The position numbers and the translations under genes were made by a program. Positions 25,516-40,125 of a stretch of 64,000 nucleotides of DNA are shown here, one piece after another (position 1 is the stretch's first letter; each line of letters begins with the position of its first letter). The stretch spans positions 7,757,744-7,821,743 of the forward strand of contig OZ199840.1 of NCBI GenBank assembly GCA_964304625.1, given 5' to 3'. A model generated the notes under the pieces. That model was not told the DNA's origin. It searched no databases and worked only from the letters and a program-made list of their open reading frames with translations. This stretch comes from Kudoa neothunni (Eukaryota > Animalia > Cnidaria).

Positions 25516-27407
25516 CCCTAGAAGCTATGGCTCGAGGGTTCCAAGCCTTCCTGCGATTATTTATTACATTATAATGTTTGTTTATTTTGAATTTTTTCTA
25601 AATTTCTTTGTGAACTAATCATTTTCGGTTTTTATTGCAAAGCATTTTGAAGATTAGAAGTATTAAAATCAACAATTCAAGTTACTCAATAGCAAGAACA
25701 TCAATTTTACATCTTTTTTCAATTTTTTAAACTTTATATAAAATTAAACCATCAAGAATTGATTCCGACTTTATATATTATTATTTTAATCTTTATCAAG
25801 ATAAAATTATCGAAAAAATATTCTAAAATATAACGAATTACGCGCATTTACGCAGTATCGATAGTTTACTGCATAATAAATGGACGTTTTTATTTAGATT
25901 TTCGTTTAAAATTTTGTAGTTTGTGGTTATATCAAAAACATTACAATATTTATAAACAGATTTATGAGATAAAGTTAAATATTTCAGAATATTCATTAGT
26001 ATGGATGGTGGATTGGCATCTAAAATTTTTTTGCTTCGTTCACCGGTCAAGCGAAAAGCTCAATTTTACACGCCAAGAATTGAGATGAGACCCATACGCG
26101 AGCCAATACTTTAATTGAACATGATTTATCATTCTAAACTGAGCGATGAGCATAGACCATTTTTTGTACAGTTGTAAAAGAGTAAATTTAAACTGAGAAT
26201 ATTTAATTTGATGTCTCTTTTGAATAAAACAAAAAAACTAAACTTATTGAACCCGAAAATATTATTTTATCAACATAATAACCTTTGTTCGATTGTACTG
26301 ATAAAATTCCTTTTCCTTAATATTTATTTTTCAGCAAAAGCTTAAAAAGTAAAAATAAAATGGGTTAAAATGAAGAATAATGGCCTAATTATTAGATTAT
26401 AGATTATAATTAGTTCGAGTATTAATCGTATATTTTTCAACCCAGGCTAACGTTGTGTTTATGCTATAATTGCTTCCAGTAATGATTTATTTTCATTCAA
26501 TACGTTATTTTTGGTATTATAGTTATGCATTTACTACAATTGAACGTCTCATGTTTGCATAAAATACGATTTTTTTTCTTATAGGCATAGATTTAACGCT
26601 AAGCAATTGCTAAGGATGAAATATTACAATATAAAAAAATTAAATTAGAGTTGTCTGACTTAAATTCTACAACACATAGAGTATGCTTCACTTGAGTCAA
26701 CTTAATTGGTGGTATAGCCTGTCGAAATAATCGCGGGGGACCAGGAATTCTCTACATTAATAGATTACCGCGAATGCTATTGTGGTGACAAATATCGGTA
26801 GGTGAAAGTACCCTATTGATGACGTAATACTGAACAATACTCATTATTAAAATATTCAACGAGTTCGTTTCTGTACGTTGTCGCTGATTTGGATTACGGC
26901 CATTATTCTGCATTTTTACCATAAAATGAAATATTCAAACTCTTATGATACTATAAGGATACCAAGATTTTCTAGTAACATATCAAACGTTTCACAAATT
27001 CGAATGTCTCCATCATGGGTCGATGGTGGATTAGTACAATTCCAATATTTCCATAAAATTGTACCTCATTATTTTAAAGATCTTTTCGATATATCCAATT
27101 ATCTTATTCAAAATTGAAAATAGTCAATATATTTGATTAATCATAGACACGCCTATTTCAAATTAATAAGAGACACGGAGCACAAACATGATTATTGATT
27201 GCATCACATCCTCGATAAGAAATGTTCTGAGTAGTAAGAGGAGCATCAATAAAACTTTTCTACACGTTAATAAAACCAATAGTAATAAATCTTAAGCTGG
27301 ATTGCTAAAACAGAGTGTATTTTGATATCGGACAATATCGTATAATGTTGATTCCATTCGGCAATAGTCGATGGCTACAGTTAACAAGGGGGTTTGTCAG
27401 TCCATCG

Positions 27408-30400
27408 ATGAGAAACACAAATCTAAATGATTTTATGGCGAATTTTAACCCGAAATATATAAATGATGCCGGTAAAAATCCGCCAAATAACTCAAACATA
27501 AATCGCTTACCGACTATACAAGGTAAGGATGATTGGATTTTGCAGAATAGTGTTCAGTGCTTGACGTTGCTAATATTATTCTATATTATTTTAATTGTCG
27601 TCAAACATTGTTCACAATTGAGTGAATGTTTATTTATTTATGTAATTATTATAATGGTAGCTGATGGAAATATGAAAAATCCTTTAAACTACTACAACGC
27701 AAGCAGTGGAAATAATAGCAATAATATAATTTATCCAACAAGTATAAACAATTACACTCTGCAGCAACAACAACAGCAGCAGCAACAACTACAACAACAA
27801 TTGCAACAGCAGCAGCAACATCAACAACAACAACAACAACAGCAGCAGCAGCAGCAACAACAACCAATTCAATTATTGAACCTTCAGTCAAATAACAAAA
27901 ATCCCACTATTGTTGGCGGAATTTCTAACGCTAATCACCAAGATAATGCCTCTCATCCATATTACAATGCACCGGAAAATAGTCGCTACAATAGCGGTCC
28001 ACTCTCAGGCATATTGTTATAATGTTCACAAAGAGAGTTTAACAAATTATCAATTTAGGTGGCAATATCGCACACAATAGGGCCTTAATTAATGCTATCC
28101 AGTCCAAGATTGCTTCGGTGACAGCTACCGCAGCTGCGGATAAATCAAATATTTCGAGTAGAAATCTAATTCAGTCCCAACAACTACCGCAGCAACTTCT
28201 AATGAGGCACCAAACCAAAGCAAACGATTCATCTGCCGAATCTGGGTGTTTTACTATGAATATCAATCGCACCGCTCAAAACAATGATGGGAATGATTAT
28301 CCCCCCGAAAATACCCAACATGCGGTGAACAAGTTGCGGAATTTCTTTTCCCAACTTATCACTTTAACCTCACAGAAGCATTCAACGGATATAAGTAAAA
28401 AAGTGAAACAAGCTGTTGCGAAAGTTATTGTATGTTTTTATTTTATTTCTAATATAGTTAGGTCACAAGCTTAAATTTAGATGTTATAGTTAATCCCATA
28501 TTTTTTGTCTAATTATAATGGGCCTAATTTGTGGTTTTTGTTTAATTTTAACTTTTTGTTGTTATAGAAATTTAAATTATATTAATTATTCTTTAATTTC
28601 AAATAATTAAATTAATGGGCACCTAATTTTATCTTTATAAATTGATAGGAAATATTTGTAATGAAATTTTTTAATACCCCCTTTAAAGACAACCATATAG
28701 ATCTTATTTAAACTAATTTTTTATATAATTACATACCACACGCTTAGTATGTTGAATTAAAAAATTAATTCCAGCGAGAAGTACGTTTAAATGAATGAAC
28801 AATTACCATTGCTCATATGCCATTTCTTTGTTGAAACTATCATTTTAATAGCTATATACATTTGAAAACTAACAACTGAGCATTTAATAAGACAATTTTG
28901 CAACAATTAAATAAATATTAGAGTGGAAGTTTTTCTGTGGAGGAGTTTATCGCTACCGTAGCCAAACTGACTCATTGTGCGCCGGCTCAACGTGAAATGA
29001 TTGATTTTATAAAGGTAAACCATTCACATCTTTTCGTTGTTAATCAAATGTGTTAATATACTTTATTATATTTTGTAGGTCACGTTACCTCATTTCCGTG
29101 GTATCGAGGAGTTATCCAACCTAGGTGCGGACACTAACAATCGTGCTCATCATCCTACGAATGCTCCAACCCCATCGAGTAATATTAGTAATATTAATAA
29201 TATTAGTGATAGCAACAACAACAACAACTATATATCAAAAATCTATTGCCAGGTAACAATTTGAATACCACTAATATTGGGCTAACTGGAATGAGTTATA
29301 CCAAACCATCAACACAACAAGGGGGCCTTGCTAATTTTTCCGATCGACAACCTGTGTCCAATTCGACACCTGTTAAATTATCTAATTTTAATAATTCACC
29401 AGCTGCTGCTACCCAAATGAAACCAATGACAGTACCTTCCGAAATGTCCGCAGCGGCGGCAACAACTATGTATAATACAATGGATAATGTGTCGACTAAT
29501 TCACCGAGCAAATACAATTATATGCTCTCATCTAACAATGTGTATTCGGTAATTTGTGTTTACACAGCAGTGTAAATGAGATTGTTTAATTTTTTATTGC
29601 TGTGATAGAAAACTCATCGTAACAGCACAAATGCGACAAATTCGACGAATGCTGTGAAACAAAATTTGGACTCCATGATGTTACATTCGAATAAATTCAC
29701 TAGTCAACCACTAAACAGAAATAATCCTAATTTTATTGAAGGATCTTCAGTCACTACAAACAGAAAAACCACAACAAACGAACCCATCAATATTAACAAT
29801 AGAAATAAAAACAAATCTATCGAAACTAATGAGCCTACTATTCTGGATCTCAAGAGAAAATCATTGGATCCAACCTATTCAGCTGCTAATTCCACCCAAC
29901 GTAGACAGTAATTTTCATTTGTTCTGTTGTTGGATGAAATACAGATTTATAATCCAAGGAAAAAATCTAAAAATGATAAATCAAACTGTGGTAACGATAT
30001 TTCTGGACGTGATGGGAATTTTGTGTCTTTGGAGGTAATTTTCGATTTAATTTCTAAAAATGGTCATAATATGTGCGCCTTAGCATGAAAATCTCCCACC
30101 GAATAGTATTTTCATTAACGAAGCCAATTTGAAACATCTCACTCACAGTGAGGATCAATTGTTTTTTGATATCAAACACGTCACCCAGCAAATACTACCA
30201 ATAGGTTAGTGATTGTGTTTTCTGTTGTCAGTTTTAAGTGATGTGAATATTTAGTTAGGAATTTCGGGTCGTTAAATGTGAACATAGAGGATATGTCTGT
30301 GTTCTGTTCATTACTTTCGCATGCTGTCGAACGTCGCCTTAGAACCTTGTTGGTGGACGTTTCCAAGCAGGTTCATCAACGCGTTTTCACATCCACCACC

Positions 30401-31162
30401 AAACCTGTATTATTCGTTTATTATTAATATTATTGGGGGGTAATTTTTGAGAAAAATTAGAATCGCCATAAACGAGTTGATTCCACAATATTGTCACAAT
30501 ATAATTTTTTGGATGAGGTGGCCATTCTTAGCGCCAAAAAGAGTAAGCTTATGGAAGAAGAAAAAATGATTTCTCTCTCAAAAGTATTATCGCCCTTTTG
30601 TGGCATTTCTAATTATTAACTTTAAGTCCAAAAACAAATTCGAATCTCCTGAGCAACTGAAAATTAAAGAACGAGCTCGACAAGTATCCTTATTTTGTTT
30701 GTTGTGTAGTAATGATGTGTATCATACTTGTGTTTATTGTAGTATGTTAAAGACCAGGAAAAAATGCTAGCTACTCACGCTGCAAATGTTGCTGCAATGC
30801 AGGCTATCGGTGATAGACGTCGTCGGCCTTTCAATAATCCCAACGATCCCCAAAATTCAGACGCTCTAAACACCAGCGGAAACGGCCCTAACGCTGTGGT
30901 TAGTGGTGTTGATAATGGAATAAGTTAATAATCGATTTTTTTATTATTTTAGCCGATTCATCCATCCATCAACAATAATACCCATCTTTTTCAAAATTCG
31001 TCCCCTTCTATTGATGTAACTGCTCTCAACCGATTTAAACGTTCCAAACCCAGACGAGTCACACAAAAACGAATCACTCTCAATGATGTTCAACTATACC
31101 TTGAAAATGATCCTTTTTCAAAATGCCAAGGATATTATTATGATTCGATCAATTTTGATTAG
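27408..31162 (+). CDS. TAF4: Transcription initiation factor TFIID subunit 4
   Basis: TAFH domain (AVNKLRNFFSQLITL..VKQAVAKVI-SGSFSVEEF..IDFIK-VTLPHFR), histone fold (LLSHAVERRLRTLL), PEQLKIKERARQ..ANVAAMQAIG and C-terminal RITLNDVQLYLEND. Stop at 31160-31162. The start may instead be ATG 27371. Confidence 0.9.
27762..27863 (+). repeat. CAG/CAA repeat encoding an interrupted poly-Gln tract in TAF4
   Basis: 34 codons, nearly all CAG/CAA, in frame. Confidence 0.95.
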
Positions 31163-31806
31163 TTTAACATTTATTTATCTTTTCAGTGTATATTTTGTAA
31201 TTAGATCATATTAAATCATTTTTTATGGGTTATTTTTTGGCGTTCAAGCTTCAAATGAGTAATTTAATCAGTGGTTGATTGAGCGAGCGAGGGTGTGACA
31301 AAGAGTTACTTTTTTGTTACCATTTAAACTTATTTCTCCAACGAGTGTGTATTATTTATATTGAAGATTGCATTTACATGCGAATCTCTTTATGTTTAAG
31401 TTGTTAGGACTGTACGTCAAATTATGAAAAAATTATATTTTTCAAAATGGCAGTATTTTTCTAGCAAAAAGATAAATGTATTGTTGTGATGATGATTTAA
31501 TTTTTTGCTACAAATGAAAACCTAGCGCAACTAAAATTGAATTAAATTTAATCAAATTGTTAAGTTATGGCTGACTGGCTGGCTGTATAGGATTAATACG
31601 AATATATTGAAAAAATTGTAATTAATTAAACGTCATTAATTCCTTATACTTCCGACGGGAACGCTTAACTCACTAAATAATCTCGTTTCAATGGGATTAC
31701 TCCGTTCATTTCTTCTTTGACCCTTTCATGTCTGAATTTTGTTTGTGATCTGAATATAATATATTTCGTAAAACTGGTTGGTTATAACTAATAATTTATA
31801 ATTATA

Positions 31807-32433
31807 GGCCGTAATTTTCGAAGATTTTTTGTAAAAAATTCGACGTTTATTTTAAAATTAGCGTATGCGCACAACAAAACTTTATTATCAAGCTCACTTT
31901 CACTGAAATAAACATAAATGAAATCTTCTATCAAATTTTCCGTTGGAATATAATATTTAAAACATCCTGATTCATTCAGATGCCTGATTAACCTTAAAAC
32001 GCTTGAGAAAATTCATTAATTTGGAGAATCGTCTTTCCACGGCTGTAGTGTAGGTGATAGCGGTATGTGTACCAAATTTTGGCCTACCCTAGACAATATG
32101 GAATACTTTAATTTGTCTATTCTCTAAAATCCGGGACCTATTATTTTATCTTTTTATCATATTATCATTTTATCAATTCTATGGAGTTAAAGTTTCCACA
32201 ACTCTTGTTGTAGAATTTCGCGTCGATCGACGTTAACAACTTTTGGTATATTTTCTGGGTCGATTTTCTCATTTTAATCTGTTCATTCGGCTACATAATT
32301 GTCAAATTGTCTTTTTTTCTGCCCATAATAAAACGAAAAATAATAGGCGAATTATTACAAACTTAATCGAAAAGTATAGAAATATTTTAAAAATTTCGAC
32401 GTTTAATGATTTTAATCAAAAGTTACGAACGCC
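31807..32433. mobile_element. Internally deleted copy of the 9928-11404 transposon family
   Basis: Starts GGCCGTAATTTTCGA. Shares TAGGTGATAGCGGTATGTG..GGCCTACCCTAGACAATA and both ends with the long copy, but lacks ~10340-11250. Confidence 0.75.
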
Positions 32434-33472
32434 AATTATAACGATTTAAAAGGTTAAAATTCTCAAAATATTTCTATCGACCATTATCATAAAATTAAGG
32501 GAAAATGAAAATTAAATAAAAACCTATTTTTATGTATTAACACCAAGTAAAATTTTCACACTGTCTAAATAATGCATTGAAAATTTATTTTGTATCTGAT
32601 TTGTACACCAAATAAATTAATCTATTCAAGTTAATTCTTCACTTTTAAAAATATTCAATATCTGAAAATATGTACAACTTGCAAAAAAAGATACAGCAAT
32701 TTGAGTTTTAGTATATATATTTTCAAAAATGAAGTAATTATATTATGTAGTCAAAAATAAAGACAACAATGATTTAATAGATAATATACAAATAATGATC
32801 CTTTTAAAACTATTTTAAACTAAATCACAAACTTATACATAAATACTTATATATAAAAATAAATGTTCTTGAATTATATAAAATTATATTTTAACAAAAA
32901 TCTCGATGAATTATGCCACAATGATGTTTAATATTAATTTCATTGTTTAGAATGGCGCTATTCTTAATTTTTGAGTGGTTTAAGTTAATACTATAATTTA
33001 TTAAAATTATTTTTGGTTTGTTCTTAAATAATTAAAATTAGGTGTAACATTTTGGAACAAATATTAAAAATAGAGTGCTTTGGAAATACAATTTTCCTCT
33101 TGTTTATTTAAATGAGCGTTAAGAGCAAACACATAGACTGCCATATCGTTTCGTTTAAGTGCATCATCTACGATTCGAACGTCTAAATCAGCTTTCCTTA
33201 TTATTTCGAATTTAAGGGTAGGGAATCACATTAAATAATAAGCTTATACTCCAATAATAACGCACATGACTGAGTTGAACATTTAACAGTGGAACAATTT
33301 TTTAAAAAGGCAAATATTCTAATCCGAAAGCCATAACGCTTTAAACTATGAACTCTACCATCTCTATTATTTGTCCGCTACTGATAAATACGATAAATAA
33401 TGTCAATAATATAATTTTCTTAAATACAAATATGGCTGAGATTAAACAAAAACAAACAATAAAAATATAAAT

Positions 33473-35295
33473 TCAAGAAGTACAACAGATTATTTTTTTA
33501 AATTTTGCAATGAAAAACCCTATCGTATCTTTTTCGATTAGTTCGGAAGAGGTAAAGCAATCATTGTTCTTATCAATGCACTGTAAGATGGGATCGAAAC
33601 GTTGAACCAATTTTGATTGTTCAAGAGTTAGATTGGATTGCACTTTTACATCAGATATATATGGAGTCTAAATTTTAAGGTTATCTAAATAACTACAATC
33701 TCAAAAATTACATGAGGAACTAATTGGATTATATCTTTGAATTTATGTAAAGCCCATGCAACCAAGTTTTCATTCTCATCAAGAGTTAATGTACATGTGG
33801 AATAAACGATAAATCCATTTACTTTTGTGAGTCTCACAGCCTACACCAATCAGTAAACCATTGCAATAATTGTTATATTTCATGGGAAAATTGAAACCGT
33901 TTCGAAAAGTTTTCTTTGCTGAGGTACAAAACTGCTCAACTGTTTCATTGAACAGTATCTCGAAGTAAGATAGGGTCGTTGGCCTAGCCCAGAACAAGGT
34001 GCATCGAGCAACACCTTATCAAAAGTTTCAGCATTGAATGGTGGAGATTCCGTCAACTTTTCATTGTCGCTATACAACTGGCAACTATCATACACATAAG
34101 CGGTAACGTTGGTCAAATTTTGGCCGGAAACAGTGTTGATAATTTTTTTCATTTTGGACAAGGTTTTATCTATAGCAACAATTCTACCCTATTGAAAGTG
34201 GTTATTATTAGATAGCTGTTGTAGGTAGTTGGACTAATTTTCTACTTGGTTATTCATCAATTGTGCAAGATGAGTCGTTTTACCACCTAAATAGAATTTA
34301 AATAGAAACCAGAATTTTATTTTTACCAGGCGAAGCACACATATCAAGAATGTATTCGTCTGGTTTTGGATCCATCACATAGCCAACGATTGCTGAGGGA
34401 AGATTTTGTGCGAATATCATTGAAGGATATTTATCAAAGATGGTGTCGAAATTCGGTTGGCAAACCAACGAATCGGTCATTCTTACGGCAACTCCCCTTT
34501 AAGTAATGTTGTTTAAATCCAACAAACCACAGATTTACTTTTCTAATTTATTGATTCTAACAAAAATCTCACGGCTATCAATAGTTAGAATTCCATTTCC
34601 TAAAAATAACTCCTTTGTGGGGTCAAATTTTCGAGCGCCATTAGTGCAATTATTGGAGATGTGGGCATAAACAGAGACTTCAGTATTTTTTCTTATATCT
34701 TAATTAAAATGGTATGATTTTCGATCCATTAAATTGATTGGCTTTAATACTTTTCGACACCCCCATTATCCCTGGAAGAAATGCATTGGATCCCCGCAGT
34801 ACAGAGTTTACACATCCTTTATCAATAAGTATAGATTCGTCTAATCTATATATAATTTATTTTCTGAAAGTAAGACACAAAATCCAATCGAATTTAGTTA
34901 AAACCTTTTTGGCACATTATTGAAGAACCCCCGAATGAAAATGATATCCTTAAATAGGTTACTGTTGGTTGAAATATGGAACCTACCGTCCCATTCCTAA
35001 GAATTTCGATTAAAAAATAACTGGACACACCTCCACACTTACATTCTTATTTATTTCTTCAATAATGTCTACTGCATGTTCAAGTTTGTAAAAACATGTA
35101 TTCACTCTTAGTGTGGTTGTTAATGGAGGTGTATACAATATTTTGAAATCATTTAGCTAGAAATAAGTGCTAATCATGGTCGTCTTAATATTAACAAACG
35201 TCTTTTTGATTGTAAATAGACTTCAGAGCATTCTCTTCTACAGTGGAAAAAATTTGTTCATGGTTTGCTTCCAAATTAGCCACAAATTCATTCAT
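33473..35295 (-). CDS. NSUN6: tRNA m5C methyltransferase NSUN6 (PUA + RsmB/NOP2 domain)
   Basis: PPLTTTLRVNT, SVLRGSNAFLPG (PUA), QNLPSAIVGYVMDP, LDMCASPGGKTTH, DKVLLDAPCSGLGQRP, IVYSTCT, DTIGFFIAKF. Both catalytic Cys are present. Confidence 0.9.
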
Positions 35296-35422
35296 TTATA
35301 ATGCTGTTTGTCTATAGAAATTGGGATATTTTGTCATATCAGTTTTCCCAATATTTTTTACAATTTTGGAGGGTTGTGCGCTGGGTTATGTGTATAAATT
35401 GACGGTTTATCCTTAACACATG

Positions 35423-35432
35423 GCGCATGCGC
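35423..35432. promoter_or_regulatory. NRF1-like palindrome GCGCATGCGC upstream of NSUN6
   Basis: Exact GCGCATGCGC ~130 bp upstream of the NSUN6 ATG in very AT-rich DNA. Function is inferred only. Confidence 0.4.
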
Positions 35433-36479
35433 ACAAAAATTTTACATCCCCTTGAATATAAGTCTAATTTAAATTTTTGTTCTAAAAACGCAATAATTAT
35501 TCGTAGGGAGTTTTTTTAATTTTTTGTTACATAAATGAAATCGTTAGTTAATATTTATGAAGTATCAAAATAAATCCCCTTCTGCTTTGCAATCATAGAT
35601 TATAATATTTTTGGGGATCTGATGCGTATTAATTGCTCAAGTTTTCATTATTTTAGGACGCAATCTTACGTATTTGACAACAAACTATCTAAAAATAATG
35701 ATGCTCCCGAAATTAACAAACTCTTAGAATTTTTAAAATAGTTCTTAGGTTTTATTTCAAGCCTTCTTTATTTTTATGACCACTTAGATATTAAATTGGG
35801 AAATTTTCTTGTTGATCCTCTCATCCTTTTCAGTATTTATTATTATTTTTATTAATGGCAATGGTTAGTGTAAGGGACCTGTTTAGTCCTTATATGCGAT
35901 GCGAACTCTCCATTGTAACAAATAAGTATATCTACTAAAATATCACTTCTATTAAAATTTTAATTGTATAAATACATATAAAATTAGTTAACTTTTTTCA
36001 AATTAAATAGATCACTTAATATTTTACCCGTAAGTTAAATAGATCAATTATGCGTTGATAAAACAACCTAATAATTTAATACAATTTTAATTTTGTATAC
36101 AAATGAAATTACTGAAGTCTTGGACGCGCTCGTCACTGACTGTAAATGGCAACATTGTGCACATCCACAAGGACAGATTCAATTAAACCCTCCTGCATAT
36201 ATGTTATTTACTAAGTTACATTTAATTGTGTTAAATATTTTTTAAACTTTGAAGCTCTATATGTTGAAGTTTAGAGATTTATTAAGTTACCGAAAATTTA
36301 TTACTTTAGTAATTTATTAACACCTTTAACATAGCTATGTCACTAATTCGTTGTTATTGAATGTAAGAAGTAATTTAAAACCACAAAAATTATCTTAGAG
36401 TAGATAATGGCGATAAAATCTTGATGTATTGTTTATTGACTACTAGTTTTCGCACCCATAACCAAATTTGTTGCGTTCA

Positions 36480-37300
36480 AAATCGGATCAAAATCACAAT
36501 GCAATCACGATGCCAAGAAAAATGCATCATTTTTCAGAGATGAGAGCTTTTGCTTGTTGTCTTGTTGTTGATCAAGGAAGAAGGTCGACGAAGTCTCTGA
36601 GAATTTAGGCATTACGAGGACCACATTAAATTTCTTGATTAAAAAATGTGGAATGACTAATACACCAATTAAATCTACAGGAGGAGGGCGAGAAATGCTA
36701 TTGTAACCTAGGGACTTAAACAGGACCTAATAAAGTTACTTTAAGACTATTTCACTGTGTCAATTCAAAGCATAATTAAAAAACTAAGGATCACAGTACA
36801 CACGTCCATGGTGTGTAGGTGATTAAATAATTATACTACACTTCAAAAACTGATGCTATTCTCTGTTAATAAGAATATTCCTGTTTTAAACAGGAGAGAA
36901 AACTTTACACTGTGTGGTAAACTGGAATCACCATCGATTCTAGATATCAATAATGTAGTTTTTGTGCACAAGAATCCATGTTCTTTTCACATGATGAGAA
37001 GTCGTAACAAGGTTATGCGATGGGGAATTCCAAACATAATGTTTCAAGCAGCAGAGGATCAAACATAATGATGATTCACACAATGAACGAATTTAATGCT
37101 ATTATATGTGAAGCTTTGCGTGACAGAATTTACGTAAATTTGGTCAAAAATATTTTATCATATCTTCCAAATATTGTTGGAGATGATTAGATCCATGTTA
37201 GTTTTATTAAACTTACTCGTTTGCATCGTTTTATGACAGATTACCCTATGAAACTATCCCCTGCCATTGTCTCCCTTGTTAATTCTTGCGGAGGTGAATT
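36480..37300 (+). pseudogene. Heavily decayed Tc1/IS630-like transposase
   Basis: HTH-like segment near 36590-36700 and NVVFVHKNPCSFHMMRSRNK, resembling the xFxDExxFxxxxxRxxG region. Many stops. Confidence 0.3.
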
Positions 37301-40125
37301 TTCCCAAATAAAGATAAATGTTAGTAGAAATTCTTCATTTAAAGGACGGGGCAAATCTTCTGGATAAATGAGAAATTTTTTTGATACGATGAATGAATAC
37401 ATCCTAAAAAGTTATTTTCAGCGTTTAGAGACATTCTTAGGTCAATCTTATTCTTTTATGAATATCAACCATGATTAATATAGTACGAGATATTCTGGGT
37501 GGTTATCATTTACAGGAATGAAATATTCTCTTTTTGCTAGTAACGCTATTAAATAAATAGAAAAAAATTCGTAATAAGCTCAAACTAATACATTTCGGGT
37601 ATCGATCCATACACCGGTATAAGAAACTTACAAACTACAGTTAAAACGTGGAATAGAATCGTTGCTTTAGAATTTCTATTAAAAATATTTTCTTTTTAAA
37701 TGTGTAATCATCAAGGGGAGTATTTTACTAAAAAGACACTTTGGATTGCTGTTCTCCTAGATATTTCCAATTGAAGCTGGTTAGTTTATCTCTCAAATTA
37801 TATAAGCTAGATTCGGAGAAAATTTGACTCGCTTTATAGGTTAAATAATGTGTATTTTCTTGTTATATTAGTAAAAAATTAAACCAACAATAATTTTCCA
37901 TAAAAAATATGGTCTTGAATCGAATTAGATGGCAATATATTATTTTTTTTAAATTTTTATAATTTTAAAACCTACATGAGTTTTATAAGTGTTAAATAGA
38001 AATTTAAAATATGATTATTAATTTTTCTAATATTTATGTTTCTCTATTGTATATATCACCATTATTATAATTATGTTTAATTTACTAGTTCAAATCTCGT
38101 AATTTGATTTATTAATAAGCCATCAATTTTGTTAAAAAATTCCGGCAAAAATGAAACCCATAAAAATCTTTATAAATGTTCAAAATTATATTAGGAATAT
38201 TGAGTTGAAATTCTACAGTTCGTAATAAATTCATATTTCAAAGATTTAATTTGTTTTGGCTGGACAAATATGATACGATGAGTGATTAGTTTTTCGTACC
38301 GACGACTCGTTCGTACTTTTAACAAGACGAAGATTTATGCTTCCTTAATTTTTTTATAAAGATATATAATATTAATTTATAATAGAATGCATCAAATAAA
38401 TGAAAAATTTCGTTATTTTAATTAATTTTTACTAGTTTGTACGTGGTTTTCGTACATTTTTTCCGAGAAATTGCTTACGAATTAACCAATTTTTCGTAAT
38501 AACTAAAACATGATCCACGAAAAAATAATAGAATTACTGAAATATATAAGGAAAATATTAAATAATCATGTACTTCGATTCTTTGTCGTAGAGGGATGCC
38601 ATAGCTACTACTGCTCATCACTTTATGTTGTCCATTACTTCAAAGTTGCACGGTATCCTAATTAGAAAAATCGAAATTATTTTATTCAAGATTGAACTGT
38701 ATTTTAAAAACGGAAAAAAATAGGAAATTATTAACTATTAACTAAAGCCAAATAATACAATTTTGACCAATAATGTGAGTTGTTATATTTATTTTATTAT
38801 AAAATATACATGTGTGTGCTCCAAAAAGTACGAAAAATTGGCCATTGACCAGTTTTTCGTATATTTTTAACACCCCTGGGGATTGTGAACGTGTGGTTAC
38901 CTACTGTAATTCTGTAGAATAAAGTATCTTACTGAATTACTAACAAATTAAACAACTGATTTTTTAAATGTGAGTAATACATTGTTTACTCATAATCCGA
39001 TTTTACAAATTTCAGTTTTTATGACAGATACTGTTCAATCTAATTCAATTTAGAAAAAATGACGGCTGGACAACCTTAGTGATTTATTGAAGTTTTTGTT
39101 GGTTGATTTGACGACATCCAGTAGTACTCATGGAAATTGTTGAAAATCTTTAATGGCTAATGTTTTAGACACGCTCTAAGTAATATGAAGAGTTATATGA
39201 ATCCACCCCAAATTTCTCGATAAAAAACATTTATGATTTATATAATAATTTGTCGACCTCTAAAGTCAGTGTTCATTTATAATGCGTGGCAATTTATTGA
39301 GCTTATTGCTTGATATTTTAAAGGTATGAAAAGGTTTCGACGAGATAAAGATATTGCGGTTAACTTATACTCGAATGTAGTTTGATTTAATTTATATTTG
39401 ATGAGATAAGGAACCAATTTCATTGAGGCAGAATTTACATAATTGGTAAGTATTATAAAAACAGATTCCAAGTTTATTGGCCTTTTCGAAACTGCTTAAA
39501 AACCACTCATTTTAATACTTAATCAACTCAGTGGGGATTCTCTAGAAGAATCAGTTCCTATAGAATTCAAGTTTTAATAAGTCTCATTTCAATTCTTGGG
39601 CATTCTTATAACAAATGGGCAGTGAAACATCATGGCGATAAATTATTACTAGATTTGAGATTCCAAAATTTACTGTTCTATCTCTACCCAAAATAAAGAT
39701 AACAGTAGTGACGTTCCAATTAACGTACTCTAATGTGGATGGTTGTGAGTTTAAATTGTACTTATATGGTTTTCGGATTGTCACTGATCCAACTTATAAT
39801 AGAAATCTAACGTTTGTTATCTTTGCTATGAATATCAAAATGTATTATATTTCAGTGGGAATCTTTTAAAAATAAATATTTCCATTTAGAATCATCCATA
39901 GCAAGGTGGAAGCTTTAATTGAATATTCCTGTTAACAACCGGATTTCTTCCCATGGGATCAAATAGAACACGTATATTTGTATATAGGAATTTGTTTTTT
40001 TTACACATTCCAATAGACTTTTGCCAGCTACATTTTAAGCGTCTTTTAAAGAAAATTTACCACCAAGATAATTGTTGGATTTTAAAACAAATAAACAAAA
40101 CCAGGTCTCAATTGTCGACAGGAAA

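Noticed and set aside
7346-27305. Identical 16-mer ATCTTAAGCTGGATTG near two gene 5' regions (~7346 and ~27290)
   Set aside because: About one such match is expected by chance in 64 kb of biased sequence, and there is no flanking similarity.
27649-27891. Poly-Val/Ala minus-strand ORF
   Set aside because: Antisense of the TAF4 poly-Gln tract.
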